In this document: positions 13,634 through 26,479 of the stretch, piece after piece
Position numbering within the stretch: position 1 is the stretch's first letter
Layout of the letters: the number at the start of each line of letters is the position of its first letter
Assembly: GCA_030770535.1 (NCBI GenBank)
Contig: JASVEC010000011.1
Span: 1,240,001 to 1,304,000 of the forward strand
Direction of reading: 5' to 3'
Length of the DNA stretch: 64,000 nt
DNA from: Batkoa obscura
Taxonomy: Eukaryota
Made by a program: the position numbers and the translations under genes
The notes under the pieces: generated by a model
What the model was told of the DNA's origin: nothing
Seen by the model: only the letters and a program-made list of their open reading frames with translations
Database searches by the model: none

Positions 13634-13965
13634 TTTTATAAAATATTATAATTAAATAAAAATTAATTTAACAGTTTTATCTTTTATTTTGGTTTATAAT
13701 TGACTAGCATTTATTTATCTAACAATACCCATTTCACTCCGCACTAAATAAAATTGAACCGGATCCAATGAAGTCATTTTAATTAACCAAAATTCAGTCA
13801 GGAAATTTTTAGGAAATTTTCAACTTATTAATGGTTACTAAATTAAGTAAAATAAACAAAGCTAATTTTTAGTTATTCTTTAGCAATTTAAGTAAACTTT
13901 CGATTTTTCAAAAAATTATTTCACTTTATTTAATCTAATTTTTAAAGGATTCTATTCAATTGAAT

Positions 13966-16900
13966 TTAACCTTCCTTCTTTTTAGCTGCCTTTTTAGCCG
14001 CTTTATTATTCGCTGACTTTTTAGCAGCTGCCAACGAAGGAGCCACCACCTTAGACTTTGGTAATAAAACATTGATAGCTTCCTGATTAGGTATAGTTTT
14101 AATAAGCTGTTGGTCTAATTTAGTACACTCACTGGTAGCCAAGAAATGGTTAGTCGCTAATTTAGCCGCTTGTCCTTTCTTCATAGTACCAGGCTGTAAT
14201 TTAACTTTAAACTTAAGTTTATTTAAAGCCGATAATGGGGCTGAGACTGGGATCATGAATTCAGGTATCTCACCTTCTTGCAAAGTACCTACTAAACCAT
14301 CCATATAAACTTGTAAATTTTCTGTTTCATCCTCATCTAATATTACGATGTTTTCTTCTTCAAGCATGGCTTTGATTTCTTCATTCATTTCATTTTTATT
14401 ACCTTCTTCATTTGCCGTATTAATTTCAACAGGTTTATCCTCATTAATAGCCTCATTCTCATTATTCTCATTTTTCTTATTACCCTTATTTTTGAAATAA
14501 GTCTCTCTTTCAGAGATCATCTGTTCCTTTTGTTTCTTTTGTTCAGCTATCTTTTTTTCTTTTTTACCTTTAGGTTGAGGTCCCTTATCCGATCCTAGTA
14601 ATTGCATCCGAATCTCTTTTTCTTCTTCATCTTGGTCGGCATATTTGTTCTGTATTTTCTTCATTTTACCACGTTGTCCTCGTTTAACACTATTCACTTC
14701 ATTGCTTTGATTAGTACTCTTTTCTTTATTACTCTTCTTATCGCTACTTAAGCTCTCTTCCTTGTCCATTTCCTCGCCTTTTGGTTCCTCATTGACTTTG
14801 CCTCCTTTTTTCATACTCTTACGTTCTTTGGCTGAAATTCTCTTTTTACCCTAAATCATATTAATGACATCAACCTATTAATTATTTATTGATAGCCTAC
14901 CTTTTCTTTATTGCTATTAGCGTCATTTGAATTAAGTAATCTATCAAACACAGTTTCTCTGCCAAGATGATCTTCTTCAAATTTACCTTCTTCGGCTTCA
15001 TCTTGGCTTTTTTGGTTCTCTTGAATGTGCTGTGAAGAAACAAGTCCATATTTATCTACTACTTTATCTTGATTATCTTCATTCGATGGTGTTGCATTAC
15101 TATTAAATAAGTTACCAGACTCAGTTTTGACTGAACCTTCTTCTTCTTTGGGTTCTTGTTCATTCTCAACTGAGTCATCATCTTTCTGGGCAACTTCTTG
15201 TTCAGCCTCCTCTTTTATTTCTATTTTATCGTCGATTTCTTTTTGCTTCTTATCGATTTTTTCTTGGTCACTTTTTTGATCTTCAGCTTCTTCATTTACT
15301 TCATTTTGCTTTTTTAATCGAGCTTGTAGTCGTCTAGCAGTAGAATTAACATCCAGCATGTACATCAATCCAAAACCATAAGTAAGAGCAGCAGGCGCTA
15401 AAAAGTTCTTTTTACCACGGATCATAAATGATCCAGCAGGTAAATACTCACCAGTGGGTGCTGACTTTGATACTTGATGATGGAACACCCACCAAGCTGA
15501 AGTTAATATTTTACTTTCCCAAGCTTTAGAATGGCACACTGACATAGTACCTGCTTGATTTAAAGTGGATGGTGGTATAGTACCTTGATCTGGATTTTTA
15601 ACAATTACAGTAGCAGCTCCATGCATATCAGCATGTAAATAGATATCGCCTTTTCTCAAATACTTTTTGACCAATAATTCATTCTGTTGTACATCTCTGC
15701 CTGCAATAACTAAATATCCTTCTGATGAAATAAACCACATAAATTTTTCAAACCAAAATGGTTTACGTATTTTGTTCACTCCAACTGTTGGCTTATTTAG
15801 TTTCAATTCTTTGAGATCGTTCTGTACTTTAATTTCGGCATTTTTGAACGCAGTTTCTGCAATTGCTAATGTCTTTTCTTTTTTAGTAGCTGAATTCTTT
15901 TTCATCGTGTAATATCTGGATGCATTAGCATGCGCTGATAATCCAAGGTCGATATCTACTTTAATATCACTTTTATTTTCTTTATCTTCAGTACTATTAT
16001 TTTCTTTATCATCATCTCCAGATTCATATTCACTATCAGATACTTCTTCCATATCTACATCCTCTTCATAATAAGGATCATTTAAAGTAATAGTAACTTG
16101 ATTATAGTGTAAATTAAGTGATTTAATATGAGATGCTAATGGATTTCCTTTTCTTGTTTCATCTTTAATCATATCTTCAAGTTCTTGCCAATCCATCCCA
16201 GATGCCAATAAACTACGTAATACTAAAATAATTTGGTCAACTAATTCCAGATTACTTTCTATTAGCTCCGCAACATATCGATTTTGTGTTTCAGCTTGTG
16301 CTAGAGCATCCACACGTCCCATCTGTTCCGACTTAATAGCTTGTAATTTCATTTTAGCAGCATCTTCCTATAATAAATAATAAATACTTAAATTAAATTT
16401 ATTTTAAGCTATCTAATTTACCCTCGATTTTTCTTTTTGTGCTAATTTTTGACTTTCAATTTTGGAAAAGAACTGATCTAAAGCAGTAACAAAAGTAGGA
16501 AACTCCTTATAATTTGCATTTTTATATTGGTTAAATAAAAAGGGATGGTATTCTTTATATAGCATGGCATCATCTTCCTCCTTTTTACTTTTATCGTCTA
16601 ACAAAATGTATCCTTTTGATGGAATAGTATCAAACTCAATTATAATTTTATCAGCTAATTGAAGTGCGCTTTGCAATTTCTGAATAAATTCAGAGTCTTT
16701 ATCCAAATCAATGTTCTCTTTTTTAATAATTAAATTTGGGTCCAAATCTGCTTCTAATAAAACATGTTCGCTTAATGGTAGCCCAAATAAATAAACTTCA
16801 TTCAGTATATTTTTAAGTGAATCGCCCTTCCCTTTTTTATTGCTCTTTTCAACTTTCTCTTGTTTATTTTCAAGCATTTGTTGAAACTTATCCAATAATT

Positions 16901-17725
16901 TGTCAATCACAGCGGTCTCAAACTTACGCGAAAGTTGTGAAATATCATATACGTTTTTAACCGCCATTGTAAACGCATTTTCTTTCTCATCACTTTTAAC
17001 TTCTTTTTTGTTATCTGCTTTACTATTGCTTTTATTATCTTTTTTATTCTCTCCCTTTTTGTCATCTTTTTTATCTTCAATTTCCTTACTTTTAGTTTGT
17101 TTGACTACTCTTAATAATGAAATGACGGTATATTCATGATCTGTTAATATTACATTGCCCTATTTCAAGTTTAATATTAAATTTATCTTAAGTATACTGA
17201 GTAATTTACGGATGAATAAAATTCGCAAATTAAGTGATAAGTCCCTGGGGTATTAGCTCCAGTAGCAGAAGCAAACTCAAACTCAACAATACGATCAACC
17301 CCGACTTGTCTTACGTTGGTCAACCTTCTGGTACGTAAATGTTTTCTTAACTATATAATTTAAATATTTAACAAATAGTGATAAAATTAAAATTTACTTT
17401 GGTACAAAAATTTGAAGGTGTAGTTGCTTTCTCTCTCGAGAACTGAGTCAAATGAAGTCTGATACCGGATTCAATAATCAAAAACTCTTTTCTATCAGGC
17501 TAAATTAAATTATTAGTTATTAATACAAAATACAAATGCGATAAATTTACTTGAGAAAACTTTAATAAAAACGTCTTGGAATTAATATCATAGATATTTT
17601 GTAACCTCAACCCAATGATACTAGTTTTTTTTAGTTAAGTGCTACTTTTTTAATTATTCCAATTACCTTTCTTTGATATCTTGAACTGAGGCTCGAATAT
17701 CTATTGCTGAAAATCTACCTTTCAT
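13966..17725 (-). CDS. RQC2: Ribosome quality control factor Rqc2/Tae2/NEMF, multi-exon
   Basis: MKGRFSAIDI..IGLRLQNIYD N-terminus; NFACT-R motif FWFEKFMWFISSEGYLVIAGRDVQQNE; QVSKSAPTGEYLPAGSFMIRGKKNF; C-terminal KFKVKLQPGTMKKG. Confidence 0.95.
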
Positions 17726-18029
17726 TTTTAAATTTAATAGATAAAAGTTGTTTATGTTTTTGATGATATTTTATATTCAATTTTTTTGCACAGTTTATTC
17801 TTTAAAATTGCTCAATTTAGAACTGCGTAGTTTTGAGATAATTATAATTAAGATATGAAATATTATTAATACAATAAAAAATTTATTAACACTGGCTTGT
17901 ATTGATAGTATAATATTGTTTATACTATATACTCTATTATTATTATATCTAATGAAAATGAAAATAAAAAAGCTTATAGCAAAAATAAAAATTTAATGAA
18001 AAATAAATAAATAGCAAAGTTTAGAAGTA

Positions 18030-19322
18030 TTAATCTTTAGGCATATATCTAGACATAGCGTGAAGCAAAGCATTTCTTTGATTATCCGATAATTTACTGA
18101 TAAGCTCTTTTGAAGGAGGACAACGATTATCCTCCCAATCACCCACTTTACCACAAAAATAAGCAAAAATAATCAATCCAGGCCAAGAGAATAAAATAAA
18201 CCCAATGATAGCCCCAGCCACATAAGACATGGGTGTGAAATAATACTCTGGTTTAAATAACTCCTTCTTAATAGGTTCTTCAAAAACTTGGGAAAATACG
18301 TCATCCGGATCGCATGCTTCTTTGGGCTTCCATAACTCCACTAATGACATATCCTCTAACTCAATGGTTTTATCATAATTAAGTTTGTTCTCCAAGTTGC
18401 CTAAAACAACATACGCTTCCGTTAACTCTTTGATCCTGGCTTGTCCTTCTTCACTATTCCTACTAAACCCAGCCAATACCACCTCCTTTTTAAACTGATT
18501 GATGATCTCTTCAATATTATCCGTCTTTTCAAGTCCTAATATATCATAATAATCAAATATCCCATCTTCCCCATCACCTTCCTCCTCTCCTTTTTCTTTC
18601 TCTAGTTCATTATTATCTTCTTTGCTATCTTCTTCTTCTTTCATCACTTCTTTTTGTTTGGTCTTTTTGTTGCTATCTTTGACAACAGGTTTTCCTTCTT
18701 CCTCTTCTTCTTCTTCTTCCTCTTGTCTTACTTCTTGTTTTGTTTCTGATTTTGCTTTCTCTTTCTTATTTACTGATTTACGTTTCTCATCCGACTTCAA
18801 CTGTGCTACTTCTTTTTCTTTATTTTTAGCCTTACTGTTATTAGTATCTCCCTTAGCTACTATTTCCTCTGATTCTGGCTCAATTTCTTCTTCAGGCTCT
18901 GTTTCTTCTTCTTCTTGAGGTTCAGCCATCTCCTCCTCTTCCCTAATAATTGAAACCCTATCTTTATTAAGCTTCTTTTGCTTAAGATCATCATTCATCT
19001 TTTTGTTTTTGAGCTGCTTTGATGAAACGTCTAATGAGCCTGAAGGTAAACTGATCATGTCATCGTACACATCAGACTCATTGTCATAAGGTTGGTTTGA
19101 GTCAAAACTAATCACTGGATACCCATTCATGGATGATTTCTTGTGGGTTAAACGTAACGCTTGGTTTGGTAAAAAGTTTGGAGAATGAATAGAACTATCA
19201 TTAAAAGCATCAAAGTATTGGTCATATACTGAACCTGGGGATCCTATACTTGAGATTGAAGGCATATTTTTTAATTGCTGTTTTGTATCAATGTTCAACT
19301 CTTTTTTAGTTGGCTTGGTCAT
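18030..19322 (-). CDS. J-domain-like membrane protein with acidic low-complexity N-terminus (HPD motif absent)
   Basis: DYYDILGLEKT..EEIINQFKKE..IKELTEAYVVLGNLENKLNYD resembles DnaJ helices; followed by PDDVFSQVFEE and a hydrophobic segment. Confidence 0.7.
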   Translation of the reverse strand: MTKPTKKELNIDTKQQLKNMPSISSIGSPGSVYDQYFDAFNDSSIHSPNFLPNQALRLTHKKSSMNGYPVISFDSNQPYDNESDVYDDMISLPSGSLDVSSKQLKNKKMNDDLKQKKLNKDRVSIIREEEEMAEPQEEEETEPEEEIEPESEEIVAKGDTNNSKAKNKEKEVAQLKSDEKRKSVNKKEKAKSETKQEVRQEEEEEEEEEGKPVVKDSNKKTKQKEVMKEEEDSKEDNNELEKEKGEEEGDGEDGIFDYYDILGLEKTDNIEEIINQFKKEVVLAGFSRNSEEGQARIKELTEAYVVLGNLENKLNYDKTIELEDMSLVELWKPKEACDPDDVFSQVFEEPIKKELFKPEYYFTPMSYVAGAIIGFILFSWPGLIIFAYFCGKVGDWEDNRCPPSKELISKLSDNQRNALLHAMSRYMPKD

Positions 19323-20703
19323 CTTGTAAGATTAATTGAAATAAAAGTAGTTTATTTTTTTATTTTTTATTGAGTTGCTTTTGCTCGTTTACCCCTTATT
19401 TAAGTTCAAGGAGCATTACCTCACTCCTTTTTAACACCTGCCATATTTGGTATATAATTAAACTTTTGATTCTTAATTTTAGTTATGCCAAAAGTTTAAC
19501 GAGATACAAAGCTGTTGATTGGTTACGCCTCCATTTTTCTTTTGCCAACCTACCACGCTGATCAAATAATGTAAAGTCATATAATTGTTTATTTCAAGGA
19601 TATGAAATTAAAACTTAATAAAAAGCTTGTTTGTTTTATCTCATTTTTATACCAAATTTTTGATTTTAATCTCATTTTTTATATTATATCGATTCAATCA
19701 TTACAAAAAACAATAGAGCAATATATTATTATTTTAGTAGTAAAATAAATTTATTATTCTGCATAGTTCACGGATAATACTAAATATATTCCTGAAATTT
19801 TTCATCAATCTTTTTAATAGTGTACAAAAAGATCAAATTTTTTATTTATTTCAAATAAATGCATTATTTAAAAGCAAAAGAAGTTATAATGTTCTAATGT
19901 CAACTATAGAATATATCTGCCACTGTCCATGATAAACATTTTTTAATTTTTTAATACAGAATTTCTATTTGAACGTTTAGAATTTTATAAATATTTATAA
20001 AGTTGACATATGTCTTGACTTAATTTAAACACCTTTTTCAACACAGAACTAATAATTTTATTAGGATGAGTTCTTTGTTTCAACATTTTGACCAGTTTTT
20101 AATGGTTTAAAATCCGAAAATATTAACCAAATCCACAAAATAAAAAATATGCTCTTATCAGGAACTTGATGCTCAATATTTACTTTTATCGATATAAATA
20201 TAAAAAAAATTTCAATAGTTGAATATCAAAATGATGAAATAAAAACTCAAATTAAATTGTTTAAATAGACAGTAACTATGATATCAACAAGTTAGAATAG
20301 TTAATCTAAAATTTAATTTCAAGTTTAATTAAAATATCGAAATTAAATCGTTGATGAGATAGAAATTGATCTTTCAAACTACAACATATGCTATAAATGG
20401 GTTTTATATTGAATAACATCAACTAATATTTTAATTATTATAATATCTTTTGTATGACTACCCTATCAGTACTAGCGCTCCTGATAACTTTAAATTTGCT
20501 TAATTACTACTTTTATATGTACTATAAAATATATTACATTTGGTGGCTTAAATTGTTTAATTAAGTCTAAATTTAATTATCCAATTAAAAGTGGCAATTT
20601 CAAAACACAATTTAGTTGATTGGGCATAACGTATTGTATGAATTGTATATTTGTATATACATATTCGACTTGAATGTAGAAATAGATATTATAATAGCAC
20701 CCA

Positions 20704-21030
20704 ATTCTTTCTTTTCCCTTCAAGTGGATTTTTAGTCAAGCAAAACAAAGCAAAAGCTTATAGTAAGTATTTTAACCTACTATGATGTTATTAGAGCATA
20801 AAGAAAGTGAAAAATCAAAAACGAGATCAACAAAGATGAACAATTTTAGAATGCAAAACAAAGGATAATAAGTATATATAATGAAAAGATATCAACAGCA
20901 AATATTACAATATGGATATGATTATATGAAACATTGATGGATGTATTAGAATTTGAATAATTAATACTCAATAAATGAAATTGAAGATGATGAAATTCGA
21001 GAATAAATAAGCTGATCAAGTTTTTTGTAG
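20704..21030 (+). promoter_or_regulatory. RPS7 polypyrimidine initiator-like tract and probable 5'-UTR intron (20763-21030)
   Basis: TTCTTTCTTTTCCCTTC at ~20706; GTAAGT donor 20763, CTGAT branch-like site, TTTTTTGTAG acceptor 21030, 27 nt before ATG. Confidence 0.55.
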
Positions 21031-21057
21031 TTGCTAATTAACGAAACAAATAAAATC

Positions 21058-21813
21058 ATGTCTGCAGAACACAAGATCGTAAAGGCCGCTGACGTTAAGG
21101 CTACTGAACTCGAGCTCAACGTTGCTCAAGCTCTCATTGACCTTGAAAAAAACAACCCAGAACTCAAAAAAGACCTTCGTCCTCTTCAAATTAACACTGC
21201 TAAAGAGGTAATTAAAAATAGATTTTCAATTCTTTTAGAGTTTGTTCATAAGTATTTACAGTTTTAAATTAAGATTGAAATTGGAGCTGGAAGATTCGCT
21301 ATTGTAATTTTCTTTCCAATCCCTCTCAAGAAGCAATTCAACAAAGTTCAAGTTCGGTAAGTTTTATCTTTTGTATTTGTATTTTTTTTCTAACAACCAA
21401 TTCAGTTTAACTCGTGAACTTGAAAAGAAATTCTCTGATCGTCATGTTCTCTTTGTTGCTCAACGTCGTATTCTTCCAAAACCATCCCGTAAGACCTCAA
21501 CTAAACAACCACGTCCACGCTCTCGTACTTTAACTGCCGTCCATGACGCTATTCTTGAAGATCTCGCTTACCCAACTGAAATTGTTGGTAAACGTATCAA
21601 GCACAAAGTTGATGGATCTCGTCTTATCAAAGTGTAAATATTACTTTATATTATTTTTTTTATAAGATTTTAATTTTTACTAGTTTCCTTGACACCAAAG
21701 ATACCACTTCTCAAGAACATAAATTAGATACTTTTGGAGCTGTTTACAAGAAACTTACTGGTAAAGATGCTGTATTTGAATTCCCAATCCACACTCACAT
21801 GGAGCTCATCTAA
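21058..21813 (+). CDS. RPS7: 40S ribosomal protein S7 (eS7), 4 coding exons
   Basis: [67 protein letters not shown]. Confidence 0.97.
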
Positions 21814-22646
21814 AGAGCTAAAAGTCAACTTTAATGGGCTTTTCTAAATTATGTCTCTTACCCATAATAAATGTTTTGCCCAGTAAGGATATCGAAACAT
21901 CATTTATTTAGGGCCTTACAACAACACCTTTTATACCTCATAAATATATATTTAATCAGCTGTTTTCGCAAACATATACTTTTATTGTTGGACTCCAAAA
22001 GATAATTTTAAATAATGTTAAGTTTGTTTACAGGAAGTATTTATTTAAAAATCTATCAAAAATGAGGTTCAAAACAGTATTATTACATATGGTGTATATT
22101 TTGCTCAGTATATTTCATGTCAGCGTTAATTTTTTAAAATACTTTTAGTTTTACAATTAGAAACTAATTATTTATAGCTTTTATCTACTTACATTTGGGT
22201 TTTCTACAAACGCTTATGTCGATGATAGCTTTGACATCTAAACTTGTTTTAATTCAATATTGTTATTTACTCTATAATTTTAGTAATTTGAAATAAACGA
22301 ACATAAACTTTATAAAAGTCAAATATAATTATTGAGCTATAATTATACTTATATTTATAATATATTAGCTTTTATTAAGACTTAAACCTCTATCTAGACC
22401 AAGTCCTTTTAGATTGAATTTGTAGCATCTAAAAGTATGTCCCTCAACCCAATATACTTATTCTAGACATAAATTAAAATTTCGATTTAGAAAATGACAG
22501 AACATTATTTGATTGTTAGTTATAAAATATCTTCCAATAAATAAGCTTTAGTTTTAGAAGCAATATCATTTATAACTATTTACAATTGTTAAACTTGATG
22601 TGAATAGTGGGTTTTTCGAAGCTATTAAGACTAGTGTTGTATCATT

Positions 22647-22746
22647 TGGGGATATATTTTTGTGTTTAAGAATTTTACTAATAATCTTTCCGCTTAAATA
22701 GCGCTTAAAAAAGGGAAAAAACAATGAAACTAAAAAAACACTCCCA
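22647..22746 (-). mobile_element. MITE family copy
   Basis: Reverse complement of consensus. Confidence 0.85.
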
Positions 22747-23083
22747 TTTTTGAAGATTTTTAAAGATAAAAAATATCAAAAGAGATTGAATACCATTTGA
22801 ATAAAAAGCAATTTAGAAGCAATCAGAACTAAAAACATTATTGTTATTTTAAGCTAATTAGCTTTATGAGTCATGAAAGTTGATATGAATCTCTGTTTAA
22901 AGGATGTTGTTTTAAGCATTTTAGAAAATAAATCTAACCAAGGTGGAAGAAATAACAGTTAAAATAAAGGTTTAGTAACTTGCCCTTTGACAAATAACTT
23001 GGATGGATAAAATGTTAGTATTAATCGAATCATGTATCAATTATTAAAGTTACTCTTTAACATTGATGTACTAAATTATTATA

Positions 23084-23179
23084 TAGGGATGTTTTTTTTA
23101 GTTTCATTATTTTTCCCTTTAAGCGCTATTTGAGCGGAAAGATTGTAAGTAAATTCTTAAGCAAAAAAATACATCCCCA
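23084..23179 (+). mobile_element. MITE family copy
   Basis: Consensus core and TIRs, TA flanks. Confidence 0.85.
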
Positions 23180-24047
23180 TATATTATATTAAGAGATATC
23201 ATTTTTCAATGTAAATTCTTCATCCCTGGCCATTTATTATTTATCTTTATAATTAACTTAAAATGATTATTTATAAAGATTAAAGCTTTAAGACTTTAAA
23301 GGAATGTTTTATTTTAAACGGCCTTCTTCAAATAAAACAGTATTCTTATATGTCAAAAGATTTATAAGCACTTTGCTCTTTTTTATCTCACATGAAAGAC
23401 GCCTCAGCCTTAAAGGCTGAAAGGATAAAGTCAAAATATATATAATAGGAGAGCTATAAAGCGACTTGGGAAGCTCCTCTGATAGACGGGATGATGGAAT
23501 CACCACAAATATACTATTCAAGTTGCCAAAATTAGAATGAGCATTGAGTTGGCATTTTATTATCAAGAATTTCAAATTTATGATCAAAAAATCAGTTTAA
23601 TCGTGATTTAAAAGTAAGTCAAAAGGCAAGGGAAGGGAACTTTCTTTAAATAAAGCAAAGATAACCATAAGAAGTTTTATACTATTTTAATAAACAGTGA
23701 TCAAGTTATAATGCTTATAAATATTTTAAAGTAAAGGATACTATAATTATTTATACGAATTAAAATGAAATAGTCATACACTATTGTTAATATCTTTAAC
23801 AAGAAATTTAGATAATCTTATATAAAACATCAATCGAATTAGCTTGCCTAAAACAGTTCTCCAATTAAATTATCATCAAATGATAACTATTATTCACACG
23901 CTGACTAGAAATAGTAATAAAAAAAATCACGCTCATCAACAATAAATTCTTTAAATAAATTGAAGTAAACATGCACAACGAAACAACAATATATAAGAAA
24001 AACAATAAAATCTTGTAAAATTAAATTTTTTACCTAAATTACATTAA

Positions 24048-25617
24048 ATGGAAGCAAAAGAAATAGAGTCCAGAGAGGTAGCTGTGAATAATGAGAGCAA
24101 TATTGATTTGAAAAAGTTTTTATGGAAAATGGATTTAAGATTAATACCCTATTTATCGTTACTTTATATGTTTTCATTTTTGGATCGAGTTAATATTGGT
24201 CACGCTCGTTTATATGGGTTAGAAAAAGCTTTAAACTTAACTCAAGATGAATTCAGTTGGTGTTTAAGTATCTTCTTTATAGGTAAGTTAATTTATCCTT
24301 ATTTTAGTTAATATTTTATATCCCTTTCTATTTTAGGCTATGTATTATTTGAGGTTCCTTCAAATCTAATGATGAAAAGAACTTCCCCACCAATTTGGAT
24401 TGCTCGTATTATGGTCACTTGGGGTGTAGTAACTATGTGTTTAGCAGCAGTCACAAATTTTTCGGGTTTATTAGCTGGTCGTTTTTTCTTGGGTATTGCT
24501 GAAGCTGGGTAAGTATTAAGATAATAGTAGGGAAAATAACATGCTGATTTAAAATTTAGTTTATTCCCAGGAATTATATTTTATTTAAGCTTTTGGTATA
24601 CACGCTCAGAACAAGGGGTTAGAATAGCTTTTTTCTTTTCAGCCTCTTCATTAGCTGGTGCTTTCGGTGGCCTTATTGCATACGGAATCGATTATTTAGA
24701 TAACAGTGGTGGCTTGAAATCTTGGCAATGGATTTTTATTATTGAAGGTTTACCTACTGTTTTATTAGGCGTTCTTACATGGTAATATATAATTTTGATA
24801 TATAATTTTTTGTTTATAAGTTATTAGGTTTGTCATGCCTTCTTCACCTCAAACTGCAAAGTGGTTGACTGAAGAGGAAAAAGAGTTTTTAAAGCAAAGG
24901 TTAATTGCAAGTCACGTTGAAGTTGAATCCAAAAAATTTGATAGAGCTCAGTTTATCTCTGCTTTTAAGGATTATAAAACCTATTTGTATATGTTGTGTT
25001 ATATCGGTTTTGTATGTCCATTGTACTCTTTAGCATTATTAATGCCAACTATTGTCAATAATATGGGCTTTTCCAAAGTAAGCTCTTTCTTGCTTACCGT
25101 ACCACCTTATGCTATTGCCTTTTTTGTTACTATGGCTTCAGCATGGAATTCTGATAGAATAATGGAAAGAGGTTACCATGTAGTGTGTTCAGCTACTTTA
25201 GCTTTAATCGGCTTTATTATTTTAGTAGCTGCTTCTAGTATACCCATAAAATATTTTGGAGTTATCATAGCTACTGTTGGAATTGCTACTTGTTTACCCC
25301 CTACCTTATCTTGGTCAAATAATAATACTATAGGATCTACAAAGTCTGCTACGGTTACTGCTATGATTATTTCTTTTGGTAATATAGGTGGGATTTTATC
25401 TGGCCAATTTTATAGAGCAAGCGAAGCACCTATCTACGTTCCTTCTCATTCTACTAACGTTGGGTTTTTATGCCTTACGATTATTACTGCCCTTATCCTT
25501 AAATGGAGGTTTAAAGTTGAAAACAAAAAACTAGATGAAATGGATCAAGTCATCTCTGATAAAGAAGAAGCCTTCGATAGAATGGCCATTGCTCAAGGGT
25601 TCAGATATATACTCTAA
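24048..25617 (+). CDS. MFS transporter, anion:cation symporter (Dal5/Tna1 allantoate-nicotinate permease) family, 4 exons
   Basis: KMDLRLIP..FSFLDRVNIGHARL, FEVPSN, RFFLGIAEAGLFPG, WQWIFIIEG, PSSPQTAKWLTEEE, GNIGGI. Confidence 0.92.
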
Positions 25618-25892
25618 TTTTACTGTTATCGTTTTATTTTCTTCATGTCTTTATTAATAAATAACGCTATATAAATTTTACAAAATTCGAAATAGTTTTG
25701 TTTATGATTATTGATAATGAACTTTAGCTTTATATACTTCCATTTAGTATCACATCATCACTATTTAGTTAATTTCAACTGATATGGTCTAATGCTCAAT
25801 TACAATAAATGTATACATTGAAATGTTCTACTAAATTCATCTGTTCTTTATTTCCTCGTTACATGTCTTCGGTTCATCACAATTTGTTGATA

Positions 25893-25993
25893 CGGGGGTG
25901 TTTTTTTTGGTTTCATTATTTTTTCCATTTTTTAAGCGCTATTTAAGTGGAAAGATTGTTGATAAAATTCTTAAATAGAAAAATACATCCCCA
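25893..25993 (+). mobile_element. MITE family copy (full length; left end TA-CGGGGG)
   Basis: Consensus match, TA TSD. Confidence 0.88.
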
Positions 25994-26126
25994 TATTTAT
26001 AATTACTACTATTTCAAACAAAGTTTATTCTATAAAATAACAAAGTGCAAATCAAATGTTATGTGAAACGGGGTTCTTTTTAAAACATAGAGGATATAAT
26101 ATTTATAAATTTTGAACTTTTCGAAA

Positions 26127-26190
26127 GGGGGTTTGGATCTAGATTCTCTCGCATGGTAACCAGGCGTTCCACCGCTATACTACGTGCACT
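26127..26190 (-). pseudogene. Decayed tRNA(Asp/Gly)-like sequence (pseudo-tRNA or SINE head)
   Basis: Minus strand GTAGTATAGCGGTGGAACGCCTGGTTACCATGCGAGAGAATCTAGATCCAAACCCC: A-box intact, B-box decayed, stems broken. Confidence 0.4.
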
Positions 26191-26321
26191 ATTTCTTAAT
26201 ATAGTAAGTTTTATTAAAATATAAATACTTCGAATGTATTTGCGTCTCTTTTTCCTGTTTTGAACATGTAATACAATAAAGAAATATTTGTAAATAATGA
26301 AAAGCATGTCCAAGACGAGTG

Positions 26322-26479
26322 ATCATCATCAAGGTTTTTATTGAGCATAATTTAAAGTTCCCACAGCGGAGTAACAGCTGATTTAACTTCCTTACTACCT
26401 TAGATTGGATTGATTGGATTCGAACTAGAGACCTGGCTAGCTGAAGGTTTAGCGTTGAATCAATACATCAACTCTCTCC
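26322..26479 (-). mobile_element. Putative tRNA-derived SINE-like element
   Basis: Minus strand has B-box AGTTCGAATCC after a tRNA-like head, an unrelated body and a (GAT)3 tail; no intact cloverleaf. Confidence 0.35.

Noticed and set aside
11903..18918. Antisense ORFs (11903, 12025, 15667, 16900, 18622; likewise 30634, 32299, 49702, 52441, 55797 etc.)
   Set aside because: Shadow frames opposite well-supported genes
21815..21930. Possible H/ACA snoRNA or hairpin in the RPS7 3' region
   Set aside because: Only weak stems; no convincing two-hairpin H/ACA layout
23320..23570. Relatively GC-rich patch with hairpin TCAGCCTTAAAGGCTGA as ncRNA or solo LTR
   Set aside because: Single occurrence, no defined termini/TSD or known RNA motif
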